This document shows, piece after piece, positions 1 through 9,835 of a stretch of 51,938 nt of DNA. A model generated the notes under the pieces. It worked only from the letters and a program-made list of their open reading frames with translations, was not told the origin of the DNA and ran no database searches. Position 1 is the stretch's first letter. Every line of letters starts with the position of its first letter. The position numbers and the translations under genes were made by a program. Source of the stretch: Candidatus Fonsibacter lacus (GTDB lineage: Bacteria; Actinomycetota; Actinomycetes; Nanopelagicales; Nanopelagicaceae); contig RFXN01000001.1 of assembly GCA_009921625.1 (NCBI GenBank), positions 1 to 51,938 of the forward strand, given 5' to 3'.

Positions 1-1326
1 GTGCGCCTCTCCCATAGCCTCAGACATGGTCGGATGGGCATGGATTAGTGGCGCCACATCATCTGCGGTAGCTTCCCAGTTGAAGATAAGTTGTGCTTCA
101 GCGAGAAGTTCACCAACGCGACTACCGACCATATGAATTCCAAGAACTGGACCACTTTTTTCTGCGACGAGCTTGATTGAGCCCGAGGTGCGAAGAATCT
201 GAGATTTTCCATTTCCAGCTAAATCGTAAACAAGTTCAACAACTTCGTGGCCACGCTCTTTTGCTTGTGCCGTAGTTAACCCAACAGAGGCAACTTCAGG
301 CTCAGAGTATGTAACTCGAGGCACGCCATCGTAATTAATAGGTCGTGGATTAAGACCAGCAATCTCTTCAGCTACAAGAATTCCTTCACCAAATCCAACA
401 TGTGCCAACTGGAGAGTAGGAATTAAGTCGCCAACAGCATAAACATTTGGAACATTGGTTCGACATTTCTCATCTACCAATACGTAGCCACGATCCATCG
501 CTAGGCCAATTTCTTCATAACCAAGATTTGCGGAAGTTGGCCCTCGGCCAACAGAGACCAATAACAAGTCAGCGTCAAATTCGCGTCCATCCTCTAGAGC
601 TACCTTTACCCCTGAAGTTGTTGGCGTTGCGCTCTTAAATCGGACCCCTAACTCAAAGTTGATACCACGTTTGCGATATGCACGCTCAAGCAACTTTGAG
701 GATGATTCATCTTCGAGCGGAACCAAGTGTTGTAATCCTTCAATGATTCGAACATCTGCTCCAAAAGATTTCCATACTGAAGCAAATTCACATCCGATGA
801 CGCCACCGCCAAGAACAATGACGCTCTTTGGTACATAATCAAGAGTGAGCGCATGGTCGCTGGTGACAATTGTGGTGCCATTGATTTCGAGGCCAGGAAG
901 AGTCTTGGGGTAGGAGCCGGTGGCAAGAACTAAATTCTTGCCGGTAATTTTCTCGCCATTTACTTCTACAGTCTCTTTTGAGATTACCTTGCCGTGGCCT
1001 TCGATAAATGTGATTCCCCGGCTCTTCACTAATCCCTGCAGTCCTTTATAGAGTTTGGAGATGACGCCATCTTTGTAGGTGTTAACGCCAGCCATATCGA
1101 TGCCGCCTAATTCAGCGACTACTCCGAATTCGTGCGCCTCGCGCGCGTTATCTGCAATCTCACCTGAATGAAGGAGGGCTTTGGTAGGTATACAACCGCG
1201 GTGCAGGCAGGTACCGCCTAATTTTCCCGCCTCAATTAACGCAACGCTTAGACCAAGTTGGGCTGAGCGAAGAGCGCAGGCATACCCGCCAGAACCGCCA
1301 CCAAGGATTACTACATCGAAAGACAT
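1..1326 (-). CDS. lpdA: dihydrolipoamide dehydrogenase (3' end runs off window)
   Basis: Not in the ORF track; read manually. ATG at 1326 gives MSFDVVILGGGSGGYACA; redox motif GGTCLHRGCIP; C-terminal AHPTMSEAMGEAH at the window edge. Confidence 0.95.
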   Translation of the reverse strand, partial: MSFDVVILGGGSGGYACALRSAQLGLSVALIEAGKLGGTCLHRGCIPTKALLHSGEIADNAREAHEFGVVAELGGIDMAGVNTYKDGVISKLYKGLQGLVKSRGITFIEGHGKVISKETVEVNGEKITGKNLVLATGSYPKTLPGLEINGTTIVTSDHALTLDYVPKSVIVLGGGVIGCEFASVWKSFGADVRIIEGLQHLVPLEDESSSKLLERAYRKRGINFELGVRFKSATPTTSGVKVALEDGREFDADLLLVSVGRGPTSANLGYEEIGLAMDRGYVLVDEKCRTNVPNVYAVGDLIPTLQLAHVGFGEGILVAEEIAGLNPRPINYDGVPRVTYSEPEVASVGLTTAQAKERGHEVVELVYDLAGNGKSQILRTSGSIKLVAEKSGPVLGIHMVGSRVGELLAEAQLIFNWEATADDVAPLIHAHPTMSEAMGEAH

Positions 1327-1389
1327 CTACCCGCTCCCGCCACTCTCTTCTTACTATCGCTCCCGGAACACCGGGCTATCTTCCCATTC

Positions 1390-2874
1390 TTAGCGAATGG
1401 ATGTGACCTCGGCAAAGCGCACGAGTGAACGGATGGCAAACCCCACCCCTCCAACGGGGGTATAACCGTGTGGCTGGCCATCATTGAAAGAGGGGCCCGC
1501 AATATCAAGGTGGAGCCAGGGGAGATCGGCAGGAACGAACTCTCTCAAGAAGAGCCCAGCGACAAGCATCCCGCCCATCCGCTCTCCAATATTGGCGAGA
1601 TCCGCTACCGGAGAATCGAGCGAAGGGCGTAGCTCCTCTGGAAGGGGCATCGGCCAGAAACTTTCACCTGTTGTCGCTGCTGCGGCAAGAAATTGAGATC
1701 GGAAGCTTTCATCATTACCCATTACAGCTGCAGTCCGTTTTCCTAACGCAACAATTTGAGCACCCGTTAATGTAGCGATGTCGATGATTCCATCAAGATC
1801 CTTTGTTACCTCGACTGCACGGACGAGCGCATCAGCGAGAATTAATCTTCCTTCAGCATCTGGATTAAGTACCTCTACAGTTTTTCCGCCATAAATTGTG
1901 ATGATATCGCTAGGCCTAGTCGCACTCTCACTAACCATATTTTCTGCAAGTGGAGCCCATGCATCTATTGCAACGGGAAGTTTCAATTGCGCAATAGCAT
2001 TTATTGCTCCGACAACCGCAGCGGCTCCGCTCATATCAGATTTCATCGCTTCCATCCCTTGAGCTGGTTTGAGCGCTAGGCCTCCAGTATCAAAAGTAAT
2101 TCCCTTGCCGATATATGCAAACTTCTTTTTCGCACCTTTTGGCTTATATGAGAGATGAAGTAGACGTGGGGGATTTGCAGAGCCTTGCCCGACCGCAGTA
2201 ATACCGCCGTACCCTTCGCTTTTTAGTTGGATATGAGTTTTTACCGTTACTTTTATAGTGGTATGAACTGCATCTTTCACCAAAGAAACAAATTTTTCTG
2301 GCGTTAGATAGCTAGGCGGCATATTAATTAAATCTCTAACAAAATTAACTTCTCCAACAAGAATTTCGGTTCGTTTTAGAATTCCGTTCGCATTTTTAAT
2401 TGTTCGCCCAGGTAGGAAACTAATTTTTTCGATGAGATGAGGCAGATTTCTATCGCCTTTGAATTGCTGAAATTGGTATGCACCGAGTGTGGCCCCTTCA
2501 ACAACCGCACGGAACTCTTCACTATCTTTACATTCGATTGCGATGGTCGCCTTCTTATGACCTATCAATGAACGCAGAGCAACTCCGGCAGCACGTCGGA
2601 TTCCTTCTAGATCATTTTTCGCTGGGAGCGCTACCGCGACGATTAACTGACCTTCTAGATTGGTAAACATCCGCACTTCATCAGATTTTCCTTCAACTCG
2701 CGAATTTGTTAACGATTTCTTAAGCCAAATTGCATCTGACGTATTCTTTCTTTGAAGATTCTCGCTACTTGCCACTATGGCTATTGAAGAGCTATCCGGG
2801 TAGCAGCGATAGCCGACTACCAGCGGCGTCGATTTACCGAGATCTCCCAAAGAGAGTTGAATCGAGAGTGTCAT
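1390..2874 (-). CDS. pepA: leucyl aminopeptidase (M17)
   Basis: GKGITFDTGG, MKSDMSGAA, NPDAEGRL and HLDIAG motifs; adjacent to lpdA. Confidence 0.95.
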   Translation of the reverse strand: MTLSIQLSLGDLGKSTPLVVGYRCYPDSSSIAIVASSENLQRKNTSDAIWLKKSLTNSRVEGKSDEVRMFTNLEGQLIVAVALPAKNDLEGIRRAAGVALRSLIGHKKATIAIECKDSEEFRAVVEGATLGAYQFQQFKGDRNLPHLIEKISFLPGRTIKNANGILKRTEILVGEVNFVRDLINMPPSYLTPEKFVSLVKDAVHTTIKVTVKTHIQLKSEGYGGITAVGQGSANPPRLLHLSYKPKGAKKKFAYIGKGITFDTGGLALKPAQGMEAMKSDMSGAAAVVGAINAIAQLKLPVAIDAWAPLAENMVSESATRPSDIITIYGGKTVEVLNPDAEGRLILADALVRAVEVTKDLDGIIDIATLTGAQIVALGKRTAAVMGNDESFRSQFLAAAATTGESFWPMPLPEELRPSLDSPVADLANIGERMGGMLVAGLFLREFVPADLPWLHLDIAGPSFNDGQPHGYTPVGGVGFAIRSLVRFAEVTSIR

Positions 2875-2909
2875 GGTGAGAGCCTAACGATTCGCGGTAA
2901 GTTGAGTGT

Positions 2910-4010
2910 GTGGAATCGCCCTTACTCGCAGTTCATCAAGCTCTTGGCGCAAAACTTGGCGATTTTGCCGGGTGGCAAATGCCCCTTGAATATCCCGCTC
3001 CAGTGGGCGGCGGAACGCTAACCGAGCACCTCGCTGTTCGAGAAAGAGTTGGCCTTTTTGATGTATCTCACTTGGGAAAAATCTCCATTAAGGGTGAAGG
3101 TGCGAAATCGTGGGCAAATGAAATCTTTACCAACGACTTAAATCGGATCTCACCAAACCAAGCTCAGTACTCACTGCTATGTAACGAGCAGGGAGGGGTA
3201 ATCGATGATGTCATTATTTATTGCCGGAGTGAAAACGATTTACTGGTGATCCCAAACGCATCTAATGCCCAGACCGTCTTTGAAACTCTTAATTTAGCAA
3301 ACGGCAAATCGCGATTAAGAATTGAAAACTTACATAATGAATTTGCAGTTATTGCTTTGCAAGGCCCGCTATCGCGCACTGTACTTAGCGCAGTTGGCTA
3401 TACGCCAATCTTGGAATATATGTCCTTTGCAGAGATTAATGTCGATGGAACCACTCTGACGATTTGTCGCACTGGTTATTCAGGAGAGCATGGATACGAA
3501 TTGCTTCCACCCAAAGAAAACGCAGTTTCGATTTGGAATTTACTGAGCAGGGAAGTGTTGAAAGTAGATGGAAAGATTTGCGGACTTGGTGCGCGAGACA
3601 CCCTACGTACCGAGATGGGATACCCACTTCATGGCCACGAACTTTCATTAGAAATTACCCCGCTTGAGGCAAATCTATCGTGGGCAATTGGCTGGACGAA
3701 AAATTCATTTCACGGCGCGAATGCATTACGGGCAGAGCAAGTTAAGGGAGTAGGGAGATTATTGCGGGGCCTACAACTCACCGAGCGGGGCATTCCGCGG
3801 AATGGAATGCAGGTACGTAATGGAGTTGGCGCGGTTGTTGGTGAAGTGACCAGCGGAACGTTCTCACCTTCTGTCAAAGAAGGTATAGCTCTAGCGCTGA
3901 TTGAATCGGGAATTGAAACTGGAGAACAAGTGTTCGTAGATGTCCGGGGGAGAAACTTAGGTGCCATAGTGGTGAAACCACCTTTTGTTACATCGCACGT
4001 TCGCGAATAA
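2910..4010 (+). CDS. gcvT: glycine cleavage system aminomethyltransferase T
   Basis: FAGWQMPLEY, GLFDVSHLG, RTGYSGEHGYE, GLGARDTLRTEMG. Confidence 0.95.
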   Translation: MESPLLAVHQALGAKLGDFAGWQMPLEYPAPVGGGTLTEHLAVRERVGLFDVSHLGKISIKGEGAKSWANEIFTNDLNRISPNQAQYSLLCNEQGGVIDDVIIYCRSENDLLVIPNASNAQTVFETLNLANGKSRLRIENLHNEFAVIALQGPLSRTVLSAVGYTPILEYMSFAEINVDGTTLTICRTGYSGEHGYELLPPKENAVSIWNLLSREVLKVDGKICGLGARDTLRTEMGYPLHGHELSLEITPLEANLSWAIGWTKNSFHGANALRAEQVKGVGRLLRGLQLTERGIPRNGMQVRNGVGAVVGEVTSGTFSPSVKEGIALALIESGIETGEQVFVDVRGRNLGAIVVKPPFVTSHVRE

Positions 4011-4773
4011 TTACAACGTTTCCACGCTGCATTGCTCGTCGAATTGAATTAAGGATTGCTCTACCAAGTAAAAGAATTAGGGTCATATTGAAAAGCGCGC
4101 GAGGAATATCCCATGCAAGAGCTGTGGCGAAATGAAAAGCGATAAATCTCTGTAAATTATTGAGTACAGCATCGCCCGCGATATATGCGATCGTGGTTTT
4201 CGGTGAAGCAATCCAAGGCCATAGTTGTAAATCCATCATAAATCCGAAGAACGCTGCTGAGGCTATCCCATATCCTGCAAGTGCTACTACTTCGATATTC
4301 TTTGATTGAATGCGCGGCAATGCACCAGCGCCCCAACCTATCCAGGCAGCGCACATCATTTGAAAAGCTAACCATGGCCCGACGCCGCCAGTTAGTAGCG
4401 CGGAAGCAAGCATTGTCGTTAGCCCGAGGATAAATCCAAAACGTTTTCCGAGTGCGCGCCCACCAATAATTATCAAAAACCAAATTGGTTCCAAGCCAAC
4501 CGCTCCAGCACCAATAGCTCGAAGTGAAGCGCCAGTTGCACTTAGCACCCCAAGAAATGCGAGTGATTTAACATTTAAGGCACCCGAGGTGATTTCAACA
4601 ATTGCGGTAATGGTGACCAGGGGCATCAGCGCCAGAAATAACCATCGGGCAGCTAAATCATTTTGAGCGCTCACAAATAGCGGCCAGGTAAAGGCAAGTA
4701 GGCCGATGATCGATGCAAGCAGAATGGATAAGGAGGAAAAGATATGTGAACTCAACCGGGTAGTTTTCATCAA
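3988..4773 (-). CDS. ECF transporter S component, probably cobalamin-specific (CbrT-like)
   Basis: Multi-TM protein with GGVGPWLAFQM; last gene of the riboswitch-led operon. Confidence 0.8.
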   Translation of the reverse strand: MMKTTRLSSHIFSSLSILLASIIGLLAFTWPLFVSAQNDLAARWLFLALMPLVTITAIVEITSGALNVKSLAFLGVLSATGASLRAIGAGAVGLEPIWFLIIIGGRALGKRFGFILGLTTMLASALLTGGVGPWLAFQMMCAAWIGWGAGALPRIQSKNIEVVALAGYGIASAAFFGFMMDLQLWPWIASPKTTIAYIAGDAVLNNLQRFIAFHFATALAWDIPRALFNMTLILLLGRAILNSIRRAMQRGNVVIIRERAM

Positions 4774-6377
4774 GTATTTTTCTCGCCAAGTGATTGCAGA
4801 ACCTCTGACACAGTTAACCAGCGTGCCGGAGCTAAAACTTTTGTTACTTGAGGGGCGAAGGCGGGCGATGACGTTAAGATTTCAGCGACTTCGCCATCGG
4901 CAACAATTTCACCATCGGCCAACACCACAACTCGTGTTGCAATGTCTGCGACCAGCTCTACATCGTGAGATGCAATGACAACAGCGGTATTTTCGGAGAC
5001 TATTTCAGAGATGGCTTTAATTAGCCTCTCCTTCGCTTGATAATCAAGTCCCCTGGTCGGTTCATCAAGAATCAAGAGAGAGGGTTTTTTTGCCAACACT
5101 ATGGCTAAAACCAAACAGAGCCGCTCACCTTCAGATAAATCTCTGGGATGCAATTGGCTATCCACTGAAGGTAAAAGTTTGCGCAGGATTTGCTCTGTCG
5201 TGCCACTTGCGACGTAATTATCTTGATCACTATTTTCAAGTTCCTCTGCAACGCTTTGAGCGTAGAGAAGATCACCTGATTCCTGAGGTACGAATCCGAT
5301 AGCGCTTATCAGCGCTGCTCCGTGCAGTCTTTTCGGATCCCTACCAACTACCTGGACTGATCCTTTCGCGATTTCGCGTAAGCCGACCATACTGGTAAGG
5401 AGCGTAGATTTTCCGGCGCCATTGCGACCCATTACCGCGACGATCTCGCTGGATTTAATTGAGAGTGAAATATTTTCAAGAGCAACTTTCTCGCCATATC
5501 GAATAGTTAGATTCTCGATTGAGAGAACTTCCGAAGCAGATGGAGCAACTGCCTTTCGTTCCGGTGGAGATATGTCTTGGGCGAGATGGCTAATAGTGCG
5601 ACGAGCATCTCGGACAGTCATGGGAATTTCTGAGCTATGTAACGCGCGCGAGAGTTGAATTATTGGAGGCGCTATTGCAGACTCTTTGAGAATTTCTTCT
5701 GGTGAACCGATGGAGACAGTGTTTTGATCTTCCACATAAATCACCCGGTCAACGAATTGAAGAACTCGCTCAAGTTTATGTTCCGCGATAATCACCGTAA
5801 TTCCCAGATCGTGTACGAGTCGAGATAGCGTGGCAAGCACCTCTTCAGCGGCAATCGGATCTAATGCACTTGTTGGTTCATCAAGCAAGAGCACTTTTGG
5901 ATTCATGGTGAGAACCGATGCGATGGCCGCTCGTTGTTGCTCGCCACCACTTAGGGATGCCAAAGTTCTATTCCTCAGCGGCGCAAGGGCAAGTAGGTCC
6001 AAGGTGTCTTCCACTCTTTTTCGCATCACTTCGGGGGAGATTCCCAAAGATTCCATTCCGAAAACGAGTTCTTCTTCGACAGTATCTGTCACAAAGCCAA
6101 GGGCTGGGTTTTGACCGACGATTGCAATTAAATCAACTAATTCCCTAGGCTTATGTAGCGCAGTATCTCGCCCCGCTATCTTTATAGTCCCTGAAAATAT
6201 TCCACCGGTGTGATGTGGGACGAGTCCATTCATTAATTTTAATAACGTCGATTTGCCTGCACCAGTATCTCCCATGACAAGGACAAATTCACCTTCGGGA
6301 ACCTCGAACGATAGATTTTCAAAAATAGTTCGTTGAACGTATGGATAAATGAGAGTTACATTGTCGAAAGTAATCAT
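4770..6377 (-). CDS. ECF transporter fused double ATPase
   Basis: Two Walker A motifs (GDTGAGKS, GRNGAGKS), LSGGEQQR, two LDEPT motifs. Confidence 0.92.
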   Translation of the reverse strand: MITFDNVTLIYPYVQRTIFENLSFEVPEGEFVLVMGDTGAGKSTLLKLMNGLVPHHTGGIFSGTIKIAGRDTALHKPRELVDLIAIVGQNPALGFVTDTVEEELVFGMESLGISPEVMRKRVEDTLDLLALAPLRNRTLASLSGGEQQRAAIASVLTMNPKVLLLDEPTSALDPIAAEEVLATLSRLVHDLGITVIIAEHKLERVLQFVDRVIYVEDQNTVSIGSPEEILKESAIAPPIIQLSRALHSSEIPMTVRDARRTISHLAQDISPPERKAVAPSASEVLSIENLTIRYGEKVALENISLSIKSSEIVAVMGRNGAGKSTLLTSMVGLREIAKGSVQVVGRDPKRLHGAALISAIGFVPQESGDLLYAQSVAEELENSDQDNYVASGTTEQILRKLLPSVDSQLHPRDLSEGERLCLVLAIVLAKKPSLLILDEPTRGLDYQAKERLIKAISEIVSENTAVVIASHDVELVADIATRVVVLADGEIVADGEVAEILTSSPAFAPQVTKVLAPARWLTVSEVLQSLGEKNT

Positions 6378-7363
6378 GCGGCCATCACCGTTTTCTTAGT
6401 GACAAAAAACGGCATGCTACAAAGAAGAAAAAGCACAAGAGCGCTAAATGGGTTAAATGCAAAGTGGGCGAATATAACAGCCAGAGCAGAAGAGGCGAGT
6501 ACCAGGTACTCCTCTTTTCGCCACGGCAGCGGGCGATACCTAGTCCGAGAATTTTCGTTATTTGCCCAAACTAAACCTGAAGCGAGAAATCCGATAGACA
6601 GAATCAAAGTTAGGCGAAAGGCTCCATTGGTGAGTAGTTGGATTACTGCTATTAACACTCCAGTGATGCCAATCAACATCAATACCGAATGGGCGTTTTT
6701 CTTATCTGTTGTCGCACGATAGCCGTATCCACGCGATTCCATAGATTCAGCTAGAACCAGCGCCCTCTCCAAAGCTTCTTCAAATAGTGGCACTAGAGAT
6801 CGTTTGAAGGAAAATCGCCTCTTATCACCGCGCAACTTACGTGCTTCGCGAATTCTCTTGATACTCGTGACGAAATGAGGAATCAAGGTCGTGGCAATGA
6901 TGAGAGCAACTCCTGCTTCGTGTAGAACACCTGGTAGGGCACGAAGTGTTTGTTTTGGATTTGCTAGGGAGCTCGCGCCAGCAATTGTTACTACTAATGC
7001 AAAAATTGTTAGCGTTTCGATAAAAACAAAGTACAACCGCTCCTGAGTTACATCACCACCTAGGAAAATTCCGGCCAACCATTCTGGTAGTTTCACTTTG
7101 GGAAGAGAAAAAAGCACGCGTCCATCTCCGGGAACACTGAAGATAATTGCGATAACCATTCGAATTAGTAGCGCAAACGTCGCGATTTTGATTCCGATGG
7201 AGAGCGCTGACGCCCAGGGATCATCTGTCTTTCTGGATAACGTGACGATCACCGTTGCCATAATAATTATTATCAGCAACCACGGATTAATAGTTCTACT
7301 CGTTGCCACAGCAAGACAGATGCCCCAACCCCACCAGGCAAGTGGATGTAATGTTCGCACCAC
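6374..7363 (-). CDS. ECF transporter T component (CbiQ/EcfT family)
   Basis: LHPLAWW start, ARKLRG and MESRGY motifs; hydrophobic. Confidence 0.88.
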   Translation of the reverse strand: MVRTLHPLAWWGWGICLAVATSRTINPWLLIIIIMATVIVTLSRKTDDPWASALSIGIKIATFALLIRMVIAIIFSVPGDGRVLFSLPKVKLPEWLAGIFLGGDVTQERLYFVFIETLTIFALVVTIAGASSLANPKQTLRALPGVLHEAGVALIIATTLIPHFVTSIKRIREARKLRGDKRRFSFKRSLVPLFEEALERALVLAESMESRGYGYRATTDKKNAHSVLMLIGITGVLIAVIQLLTNGAFRLTLILSIGFLASGLVWANNENSRTRYRPLPWRKEEYLVLASSALAVIFAHFAFNPFSALVLFLLCSMPFFVTKKTVMAA

Positions 7364-7366
7364 GAA

Positions 7367-7963
7367 TTACTTCTTTAACTCCGCTGGAACTGGAATCGCA
7401 TCCGCGCCACAATCTTTGCTAGGGAAACCATTGATGCCGCAGATAAAGCCACCCTCTCCGGCGCGAACTTCTGCTGCCTTATTGAGCACATCAAGTCCGG
7501 TTGCATTTATTGGAACAGAAACACATCCGCTCGATGCCTCTGGAGCTTTATCCCCTTCTGGATAAATTGCTGGGTTTCCAAATTCGATGACATACCCAAC
7601 TCTCTTCTCGCCTGCAGTTGAGGTGGTGTTGCTACAAAGCGATGCAAAATCGGGTGGTGCAATTGGTGAAGTTGGGTCGACAACTCCCTCTGCAGAGAAG
7701 GTGTAGTTCCAGCCTTCTACCGATCCATCGGCTGGATTTGTCGTTGCTGGGCCTTCCATTGCGGTCGCCCAACTTTTGCCATCTTGGATGCTCTGGGAAT
7801 ATCCCCAATATCGATATCCAACTGCATCTGCAGATTGTGAACGTTCTGAGGTGGCTGCGCTTGATTCAGAACCACTCGAACATCCGGTGAGCGATTGCGT
7901 TATTACCCAACCAGTGATGGCCAGTAGAGCGAACGTAGATTTTTTGTTAGATATTTTCTTCAT
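7367..7963 (-). CDS. lipoprotein, SCO2322-like putative cobalamin-binding component
   Basis: Start MKKISNKK (ATG 7963) after SD GAAAGG; lipobox LTGC; YRYWGY, PADGSVEGW and ICGINGFP..C motifs. The longer ORF-track start runs into the riboswitch leader. Confidence 0.7.
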   Translation of the reverse strand: MKKISNKKSTFALLAITGWVITQSLTGCSSGSESSAATSERSQSADAVGYRYWGYSQSIQDGKSWATAMEGPATTNPADGSVEGWNYTFSAEGVVDPTSPIAPPDFASLCSNTTSTAGEKRVGYVIEFGNPAIYPEGDKAPEASSGCVSVPINATGLDVLNKAAEVRAGEGGFICGINGFPSKDCGADAIPVPAELKK

Positions 7964-7970
7964 ACAGACT

Positions 7971-7992
7971 GGGACCTTTCGAGAAAGGGTCC
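7971..7992 (-). promoter_or_regulatory. SD-sequestering hairpin (riboswitch expression platform)
   Basis: Minus strand GGACCCTTTCTCGAAAGGTCCC folds with the SD GAAAGG in its 3' arm. Confidence 0.55.
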
Positions 7993-8037
7993 ACAAGGCT
8001 AAGACAGTAATGGCGAGGGAGTGCTCGCACATTGATG

Positions 8038-8200
8038 CCGCCCCGCAAACCACGACGGGAGTTTTTGGCGTTCGCCTCGAAGCAGGTAATCCGACTTATC
8101 TTTTGCTATTCAAGTTTTTAGCTGAACTTGTGTAACAAAGAATTACGGCTGCGGGTCAGCGTCGGGTTTTCACCGAACTTCCCCTACCTCAAGGTGGTAT
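8038..8200 (-). ncRNA. cobalamin riboswitch
   Basis: Minus strand AGGGGAAGTTCGGTGAAAACCCGACGCTGACCCGCAGCCGT...AAGTCGGATTACCTGC (B12 box), followed by a P13-like hairpin CCCGTCGTGGTTTGCGGG; candidate -10 TATGCT at 8224-8229. Confidence 0.9.
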
Positions 8201-8275
8201 TTAATTTTTTTGTTCTCTTCGCGAGCATAGTCGTTGGTAGGTTGCATTGGCGAGGGTATTGGGTACTGTGGTGCC

Positions 8276-9277
8276 ATGGAATATCGTCGACTTGGCCGCT
8301 CTGGCATGTATGTATCTGAAATCTCTTACGGCAACTGGATTACCCATGGCTCTCAAGTGGCAGCCGAAGAAGCGATCAAGTGCGTTCGTGCCGCGTACGA
8401 CGCAGGTATCACCACCTTTGACACCGCTGATGTCTATGCCGGAACGAAAGCAGAATCGGTATTAGGTCGGGCGCTCAAGGGCATGAAGCGTGAGTCTTAT
8501 GAACTCTTTACCAAAGTTTATTGGCCAACTGGACCGGGCAAGAACGATCGAGGCCTCTCGCGAAAGCACATCATGGAGTCGGTGCACGCATCACTGAAGC
8601 GTCTGCGGACCGACCATCTTGATCTCTATCAGGCGCATCGCTTCGATTATGAAACACCTCTTGATGAAACGTTACGAGCATTTGACGATCTTATTCGCCA
8701 AGGGAAAGTAAATTACATCGGCTTCTCACAATGGCGCGCGAGTGAAATTGAAGCAGCCCTAAAGATTCAAAAGGAACTTGGCTTTGATTGCTTTGTTTCG
8801 AGCCAGCCCCAATACTCCATGTTATGGCGGGTGATTGAAGCCGAGGTTGTCCCGCTCTCACAACGCGAGGGGATCGGACAGATCGTTTGGTCTCCAGTCG
8901 CGCAAGGGGTTCTTTCCGGCAAATATCTTCCAGGGAAGAAGCCGCCAGCTGGATCGCGTGCAACAGATAAGAAGAGTGGCGCGGCCATGATCTCTCGATG
9001 GATGGATGACGCAATTTTGAAAGAAGTGGCGAAACTCCAACCAATCGCGAGCGATTTAGGGCTAACGATGGCTCAGCTAGCTATTGCCTGGGTTCTCCAA
9101 AATCCCAATGTATCGAGCGCAATCATTGGCGCATCGAAAGCCAAACAAGTCAAAGAGAACGTGAAGGCAGCTGGCGTGAAATTAACGGACGATGTGATGC
9201 GCGCAATTGATAATGCAATTGGCGCAATTGCTGAGCGCGATCCCGCAAAAGATAGTAGCCCGAATCCACGTCCCTAA
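8276..9277 (+). CDS. aldo/keto reductase (Kv-beta-like)
   Basis: MEYRRLGRSG, FDTADVY, TKVY, LYQAHRFD, WSPVAQG. Start placed after -10 TACTGT. Confidence 0.92.
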   Translation: MEYRRLGRSGMYVSEISYGNWITHGSQVAAEEAIKCVRAAYDAGITTFDTADVYAGTKAESVLGRALKGMKRESYELFTKVYWPTGPGKNDRGLSRKHIMESVHASLKRLRTDHLDLYQAHRFDYETPLDETLRAFDDLIRQGKVNYIGFSQWRASEIEAALKIQKELGFDCFVSSQPQYSMLWRVIEAEVVPLSQREGIGQIVWSPVAQGVLSGKYLPGKKPPAGSRATDKKSGAAMISRWMDDAILKEVAKLQPIASDLGLTMAQLAIAWVLQNPNVSSAIIGASKAKQVKENVKAAGVKLTDDVMRAIDNAIGAIAERDPAKDSSPNPRP

Positions 9278-9291
9278 CCGGATTAACTAGT

Positions 9292-9807
9292 TCAAGTTAA
9301 TTTAGTTCCACGCTTGACTAGTGGTGCAGGCGTGCGAAGACGTCTAATTTGAGTAGAGCGCATCCAGGCGTACATGGTTACTCCCTTAACGCTTTCATTG
9401 GGATATTTAGTTCCTGCCATTTTCTTAATCTGACGCCCCATCCATATTCCATCGAGAGCTGAAATAAGAACGACAAGGTACATCACCAAGGTGGCAAAAA
9501 CTTTAATAGTCACGCTGGGCATTGCCGTGAGCAACAAGACAACCATAAGAAGGGGGAGGAAGAATTCGGCAACAGACCAACGAGCATCAACGTAATCTCG
9601 AGCAAGTTTGCGAACAGGTCCCTTATCGCGCTTTGGTAACGCGCGCTCATCGCCCTTGAGATAGAGCTGGCGCATCTCCATTCGTCGACGTCGAGCGTTT
9701 TCGCGTTCGGCTTTTTTCGCCTCTTTTGTCGCTGCTGGCGCAAGAGCAGGGGTTAATTTCTTCGCATTTCGCTTGGGCGTTGGCTTATTCTTCTTCTCGT
9801 CACTCAT
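9292..9807 (-). CDS. DUF3043 family membrane protein
   Basis: KPTPKR, GDERALPKRDKGP, RDYVDAR, RRLRTP; actinobacterial context. Confidence 0.85.
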   Translation of the reverse strand: MSDEKKNKPTPKRNAKKLTPALAPAATKEAKKAERENARRRRMEMRQLYLKGDERALPKRDKGPVRKLARDYVDARWSVAEFFLPLLMVVLLLTAMPSVTIKVFATLVMYLVVLISALDGIWMGRQIKKMAGTKYPNESVKGVTMYAWMRSTQIRRLRTPAPLVKRGTKLT

Positions 9808-9835
9808 TTTCGTTGAAGCTCCATCTCTGTAATTA

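Noticed and set aside
447-1508. Short ORFs in the track
   Set aside because: Shadows of lpdA and pepA; the same applies to most small overlapping ORFs in the window.
7964-8053. N-terminal extension of the lipoprotein
   Set aside because: Runs through the riboswitch leader; the signal peptide begins at 7963.
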